This document shows positions 59,127 to 64,000 of a stretch of DNA of 64,000 nucleotides, one piece after another. The notes under the pieces are model-generated. The model saw nothing but the letters and a program-made list of their open reading frames with translations, did no database searches and was not told the DNA's origin. Made by a program: the position numbers and the translations under genes. Origin of the DNA: an uncultured bacterium (lineage in GTDB: Bacteria; Desulfobacterota_D; UBA1144; Nemesobacterales; UBA2774). Each line of letters starts with the position of its first letter. Positions within the stretch are counted from its first letter, which is position 1. The DNA is taken from contig CAVPJU010000006.1 of assembly GCA_963705505.1 (NCBI GenBank), positions 608,001 through 672,000 of the forward strand, written 5' to 3'.

Positions 59127-59945
59127 ATGTTAAAAATACTGACTGTATTAGTAGTTACACTCTTCTTTACGATTAACTCCCATGCCGGTGTCCTGTTCGA
59201 GATGGAGCAGAAGGAGATGAATCCCGAATCGGCCGGTCAGATCAAGGGCAAGGTGAAAGACAATAACCTGAGAATGGACTTTTATGGAAACGGGAAAAAG
59301 CTCGAAGGCTCTATGATATACCGGGGCGATATGAAAGAAATAATTATGATCAACCACGACGACAAGACGTATCTCGTCCTGGACCAGGCGGCAATGAACG
59401 CATTAGCCAAGCAGCTCGAGCAGGCTATGAGTCAGATGGAGGAGGCTATGAAGAATATGCCGCCCGACCAGAGGGAAAAGATGAAAGAAATGATGAAGCA
59501 GAAGATGCCGGGCGCGGACGGCGGCCAGTATGTCGAGCCCGTGTTAAAGAAAGCGGGCGCGGGGAACGTGAACGGCGTTTCGTGTACGAAATATGACGTT
59601 TTCAAAGGGGATGAAAAGATCAGGCAGCACTGTGTCGCAGACTGGAACAGCATACAGGGCGGGGAAGAAATGATGACCGTCATGCTCCAGATGGCGGACT
59701 TTATGGACCAGATGGCGAAATCCTTTTCAAAAGGCGGGAGCTTCGTCGGCGAACAGGTACAGTTCGAAAGAAACGTTTTCAATCAGTTAAGACAGCTGAA
59801 CGGGTTTCCGATCGAGACCATAGAATATGACGAAGGAAAGGTTGAGGCCGAATCCACTTTTAAATCCTCGGAGAGGGGTAATATCGACGCTGCCGATATG
59901 GAGCCGCCCGCGGGGTATACACAGCAGAATACACCCGTAAAGTGA
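59127..59945 (+). CDS. Secreted protein, DUF4412-like
   Basis: Signal peptide; RMD, INHDDKTY, Met/Gln-rich helix, VNGVSC.KY, PPAGY. Confidence 0.7.
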   Translation: MLKILTVLVVTLFFTINSHAGVLFEMEQKEMNPESAGQIKGKVKDNNLRMDFYGNGKKLEGSMIYRGDMKEIIMINHDDKTYLVLDQAAMNALAKQLEQAMSQMEEAMKNMPPDQREKMKEMMKQKMPGADGGQYVEPVLKKAGAGNVNGVSCTKYDVFKGDEKIRQHCVADWNSIQGGEEMMTVMLQMADFMDQMAKSFSKGGSFVGEQVQFERNVFNQLRQLNGFPIETIEYDEGKVEAESTFKSSERGNIDAADMEPPAGYTQQNTPVK

Positions 59946-59993
59946 TCCGGTCGGATATGCTCACCGGGTTAAATTCATGAGGAGACGCAATTA

Positions 59994-60389
59994 ATGAAAA
60001 TTGTAAATAAACTGAAATTACGGAATGTGCTTACCCTCAAGATTGCCGGGTACATCGCGGTCGTAATGTTGACGGGTTTCATCTTATTGCCCGCGGAATA
60101 TGCCCATTCAGAAAAGACCGTTTGCGATTTTCAGAACAGGGATTGTTATACGGAAGCGGGTTATCCGGCCTGCTACAATAAGGTGGACATACAGAAATAC
60201 TATCAGTTCTCGGAGAGCGGGCAGACCGGGCTTGCGGAGCAGCTCATATCGGATGATACGCGCTGTGTAAAGCTAAACGGAAACGAAAAAGCAACGATGA
60301 TGGATAAAAGCTCGGGCTTCGTGAAGTTCGTGCTCAGGGGCAGCAGCAAGACGCTCTGGGCCAAGAGAGATGCCCTTTACGCGAATTGA
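59994..60389 (+). CDS. Hypothetical secreted protein with four Cys
   Basis: AGGAG RBS; N-terminal hydrophobic segment. Confidence 0.7.
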   Translation: MKIVNKLKLRNVLTLKIAGYIAVVMLTGFILLPAEYAHSEKTVCDFQNRDCYTEAGYPACYNKVDIQKYYQFSESGQTGLAEQLISDDTRCVKLNGNEKATMMDKSSGFVKFVLRGSSKTLWAKRDALYAN

Positions 60390-60557
60390 GGTATCGGTTT
60401 AAACTTTATCGCACACTCATACAGCCGGGTTATTAAGAAGCCAGACATATTAAAAACATATGATTAAAAAGCGGGTATCGGGTTATTCGTCTATTTTTGC
60501 TATTGTGAATTATAGATGTGTATCCACATGTTCGGGAGTTATCCGGAGGTCAGTGCA

Positions 60558-61286
60558 TTGATACTGAGACTGAATAGATATCTTTCCATGTGCGGTGTTG
60601 CCTCCAGGAGGAAAGCGGACGAGCTTATAGAGAGCGGGGGGGTGAGGATAAACGGGAAAGTTGTGAAGGAGCTTGGACGAAATATAGATACCGATAGTGA
60701 CAGGATCGAGGTGATGGGGAATGTATTAGAGCCCGAATTAAAAAGGTACGTTATGCTCTATAAGCCGAAGCTCTACATTACCGCGCTCGGGGAAGGGCAG
60801 GATAAGAAGAGAACCATAGAGGAGCTGATAAAGGACATACCCGAAAGGGTGTTCCCGGTGGGAAGGCTCGATTACGACGCGGAGGGCCTGATCTTGCTGA
60901 CGAACGACGGGGACCTTGCCAATAAGATACTTCATCCGAAGTACGAGATCCCGAAGGTTTACAGGGCGAGGGTGAAGGGTGTTATCGGCAAAGACGCTTT
61001 TATTGAGATGGAAAACGGCACGGAACTCGAGGACGGTCCCGCAAAGCCCGACTGGATTAAGATAATTAAACACGATAATCAATCGACCACGGTCGATTTA
61101 TCCTTTCACGAGGGCAGGAACCACCTCGTAAAGAGGTATTTCGCGAAATTCGGACATCCCGTCATGCAGCTGACCAGGATGTCCGTGGGTCCTATAAAGA
61201 TCGGGAGCCTGGAGAGAGGCAGATGGAGGAACCTCACGGATTCCGAGGTCAGAATGCTGAATCGGGCCCTGGAAAAAGGGAACTGA
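60558..61286 (+). CDS. RsuA/RluB-family pseudouridine synthase
   Basis: RLNRYL...SRRKAD, PVGRLDYDAEGL, EGRNH; TTG start behind GGAGG. Confidence 0.92.
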   Translation: MILRLNRYLSMCGVASRRKADELIESGGVRINGKVVKELGRNIDTDSDRIEVMGNVLEPELKRYVMLYKPKLYITALGEGQDKKRTIEELIKDIPERVFPVGRLDYDAEGLILLTNDGDLANKILHPKYEIPKVYRARVKGVIGKDAFIEMENGTELEDGPAKPDWIKIIKHDNQSTTVDLSFHEGRNHLVKRYFAKFGHPVMQLTRMSVGPIKIGSLERGRWRNLTDSEVRMLNRALEKGN

Positions 61287-61420
61287 GAGGGGTCTATATC
61301 TATTTCGTTTAATATGGTAGCATTCTGCGGTGAATTGAAACTTAAAAGCTTAAAACCCTTTTACAGGCGTTTCGGTATCCTCCGAATCCGATTTTCTCAT
61401 CCGCGAGGCAAGATCCACAT

Positions 61421-62035
61421 ATGCTTATAACATTTGAAGGTATAGAAGGCAGCGGCAAATCCACACAGGCAAATCTGCTGAAGGACTTTCTGTCCGATAA
61501 GGGATATACGGTCACGGTGACCCGGGAGCCCGGGTGGGGACAGCTGGGAACACTCATCCGGACGATTATACTTGAGGAAAGGGATCTGGTGCTGGCCCCG
61601 ATGGCTGAGCTTTTTCTCTTTTGCGCCGACAGGGCCCAGCATGTAAAGGACTTTATAGAGCCCAAACTGAAAAATGGAGAAATCGTAATCTGCGACAGGT
61701 TCTACGATTCCACCATCGTGTATCAGGGATACGGAAGGAAGCTCGATATGAGACTCGTGAACAAGGCCGCGAAGGCGTCTGCACTGGATATATCCCCTGA
61801 TCTCACGTTTCTTCTCAACCTCCCCGTGAGGGAAGGATTATCGAGACTTAAGGAACGCGGGTCCATAACAAAAATGGATGAGGAGCCTCTGGAATTCCAC
61901 GAGATGATAAGGCAGGGCTATATGCTCATCGCTCGTCGTGAGCCCGAAAGGATAAAAAACATTAATGCCGATAGAGATATATCGGCTGTGCATGAAGAAG
62001 TAAGAGCGCTTGTGCTGGAGCGTATTTCGTCTTGA
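61421..62035 (+). CDS. tmk: Thymidylate kinase
   Basis: FEGIEGSGKST, REPG, CDRFYDST.VYQG. Confidence 0.96.
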   Translation: MLITFEGIEGSGKSTQANLLKDFLSDKGYTVTVTREPGWGQLGTLIRTIILEERDLVLAPMAELFLFCADRAQHVKDFIEPKLKNGEIVICDRFYDSTIVYQGYGRKLDMRLVNKAAKASALDISPDLTFLLNLPVREGLSRLKERGSITKMDEEPLEFHEMIRQGYMLIARREPERIKNINADRDISAVHEEVRALVLERISS

Positions 62036-62089
62036 GAAAAGAATTGATTGCATGACGGCCGGATTTCATTCAGGGAAAAATCGACAGCG

Positions 62090-63097
62090 ATGTTCGAAGG
62101 CATAATCGGTCACGAATTTCAGAAAAATATTCTTCTCCGCGCTGCACGGGAAAATATAGTTTCTCATTCCTACCTGTTTACAGGTCCCGATGGAGTCGGG
62201 AAGAAGCTGATCGCGGTCGAATTTGCCAAGCTTTTAAACTGCCGGGCAGACGCGCCCGAAAGCATTGACCGGTGCGGCTGCGTTTCGTGCATGAAGATAG
62301 ACAAGAGGATTCACCCGGACGTAGTGCTTGTCGAATTTACGGGCGTAAAAAATATCAAAGTAGATCAGATCCGTGAGGAAATTGAAGAGAAGCTATTCCT
62401 CAGGCCCTTCGAAGGTAAGGTCAAGGTCGTAATCGTCGATGAGTCCGAGAGGATGAATCACAGCGCTCAGAACGCATTTTTAAAGACTCTCGAGGAACCG
62501 CCGCCCGACTCTTTGATAATACTCGTATCGTCCCGTCCGGAATCTCTCCTGCCCACTCTGAGATCGAGGTGTCAGATAATCGAATTTCATGCGCTTTCAG
62601 AAGATCTCGTCGCCGGAGCGGTGAGAGAGCGGAGCGGGATGTCTTCGGAAGAAGCGCTCCTGTCCTCAAGGCTTTCGGGCGGGAGTCTCGGGAAAGCGCT
62701 TACGCTCGACAGGGATATAATGGAGTGGAGAAATGAGCTTATAACGAAGCTCGGAGGTCTCCGCAGGAATTCCGCCTCGGATATTTTGAGCCTCACAGAG
62801 CATGTTTCATCGGGCGGGTCACAGGACGATGCGGAGAGGCTCGAGCTTGGTTTCAGGTTTATTTTGCTCTGGCTCCGCGACCTCGCCCTTGCCAAGATAG
62901 ATTCCGACAACCTGGCTAATTCTGATTTAAGCGAATCGATCAAAAAGGCGGCTCTTAAATGGGACATAAATGATTTGCTCGAAAGGCAGAGACATGTGGA
63001 GAAAGCTTGGTATGATATAGTCCGGGCAAATGCAAATACGAAGCTCGTTTTGGAGAACCTTTTCTTAAAATTAGCCGCAAATCCGGGAATGAGCTGA
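62090..63097 (+). CDS. holB: DNA polymerase III subunit delta'
   Basis: HSYLFTGP.GVGK, Cys cluster, HPD, NAFLKTLEEPP, LPTLRSRC; lies between tmk and metG. Confidence 0.93.
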   Translation: MFEGIIGHEFQKNILLRAARENIVSHSYLFTGPDGVGKKLIAVEFAKLLNCRADAPESIDRCGCVSCMKIDKRIHPDVVLVEFTGVKNIKVDQIREEIEEKLFLRPFEGKVKVVIVDESERMNHSAQNAFLKTLEEPPPDSLIILVSSRPESLLPTLRSRCQIIEFHALSEDLVAGAVRERSGMSSEEALLSSRLSGGSLGKALTLDRDIMEWRNELITKLGGLRRNSASDILSLTEHVSSGGSQDDAERLELGFRFILLWLRDLALAKIDSDNLANSDLSESIKKAALKWDINDLLERQRHVEKAWYDIVRANANTKLVLENLFLKLAANPGMS

Positions 63098-63174
63098 GTC
63101 AGTTAGTGCTGTAGAGTTCTTCTGCGGGAATAGCTTTTCGGATAATGTGGTTATAGGACGGAAATCAATTTAAA

Positions 63175-64000
63175 ATGTCTAAAGCCTTTTATGTGACGAC
63201 TCCGATATATTACGTCAACGACGTGCCTCACATCGGCCACGCTTATACGACGATCGCCGCGGACGCGATCGCAAGGTTCAGGAGACTCAAGGGGGAGAAG
63301 GTCTTTTTTCTGACCGGGACCGACGAACACGGACTGAAAATCGAGAGAACCGCCGAGGCCAGGGGCGAAAAACCCATAGAGCTTGCGAACCGGGTGGTTA
63401 AAAGATTCCAGAACCTTTCCCAGGCACTCCATATTACAAACGACGACTTTATAAGGACGACCGAGAAACGCCATGAGAAGGCGGTCACAGAGATTTTCAA
63501 GAGGATCGAGGATGCGGGCGATATATACCTCAGCGAGTATGAAGGCTGGTACGATGTGAGAAACGAGGCTTTCATAACCGATACTCAGTATGAGGAGATA
63601 ATGAGTCTCCCCGAAGACAAACGTCCTCTGATCGAAAAGGTGAAGGAGGAGAGTTATTTTTTCAGACTTTCGAACTATCAGGAGCGGCTTCTCGATCATT
63701 ACAGCAGATTCCCCGAGTTCGTTCAGCCGGGATACAGGATGAACGAGGTCGTCCGCTTTGTGGAGGGAGGCCTTAAAGACCTCAGCATAAGCCGCACCAC
63801 ATTTAACTGGGGCATTCCCGTACCGGGCAATCCCAGGCACGTCATATACGTGTGGTTCGATGCCCTTACCAATTATCTTACCGCTGCGGGTTTCCCGGAT
63901 GACCCGGAAAGGTTCAACAGCATCTGGCCTGCCGATATCCACCTCGTCGGAAAAGATATACTTCGTTTCCACACTGTTTACTGGCCGGCTTTCCTCATGT
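63175..64000 (+). CDS. metG: Methionyl-tRNA synthetase (3' truncated by window edge)
   Basis: My translation: MSKAFYVTTPIYYVNDVPHIGHAYTT...LTGTDEHG...YVWFDALTNY...GKDILRFH. Confidence 0.96.
   Translation, partial: MSKAFYVTTPIYYVNDVPHIGHAYTTIAADAIARFRRLKGEKVFFLTGTDEHGLKIERTAEARGEKPIELANRVVKRFQNLSQALHITNDDFIRTTEKRHEKAVTEIFKRIEDAGDIYLSEYEGWYDVRNEAFITDTQYEEIMSLPEDKRPLIEKVKEESYFFRLSNYQERLLDHYSRFPEFVQPGYRMNEVVRFVEGGLKDLSISRTTFNWGIPVPGNPRHVIYVWFDALTNYLTAAGFPDDPERFNSIWPADIHLVGKDILRFHTVYWPAFLM

Noticed and set aside
1..64000. CRISPR arrays, IS elements, prophage and rRNA
   Set aside because: No repeat-spacer periodicity, transposase, integrase, phage structural genes or rRNA-like sequence seen.

Overview
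Bacterial chromosomal segment of about 50% GC, gene-dense, with AT-rich intergenic regions. Gene content suggests a diderm of the former deltaproteobacterial groups (Dadabacteria-like); this placement is tentative. Most genes are housekeeping: oxyR-like, iscS, argC, gap-pgk, fbaB, rluD-pgeF, argG-queA-rlmD, HU, coaBC, tRNA-Met, parAB, purSQ, ftsK-lolA, a scattered complex I (nuoABCD and nuoN), rluB, tmk-holB and partial metG. I saw no CRISPR array, integrase, transposase or prophage. The most notable structure is an apparent phosphate-starvation regulon at about 22.1-29.0 kb. It holds ornithine-lipid-type acyltransferases, three glycosyltransferases, a PAP2-like protein, a divergent PhoU-like protein and an unannotated candidate sRNA. 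All sit behind promoters of one design: TT(A/C)A(C/T)(A/G)-like hexamers at 11-bp period, then 9 bp, then a -10 box. The same design precedes an atypical pyruvate kinase 14 kb away. Also noted: a second candidate sRNA with two anti-Shine-Dalgarno motifs, two structured intergenic RNA candidates, two frameshifts (an A9/T9 tract in the olsA-like gene and a split hydrolase), a MarR-controlled QueG/RdhA-like Fe-S-SCP2 fusion, a CBM48-esterase/hydrolase operon, and a TusA-CysM-JAMM-MoeB cluster lacking its CysO carrier. All calls come from reading motifs by eye; no database searches or folding programs were run.
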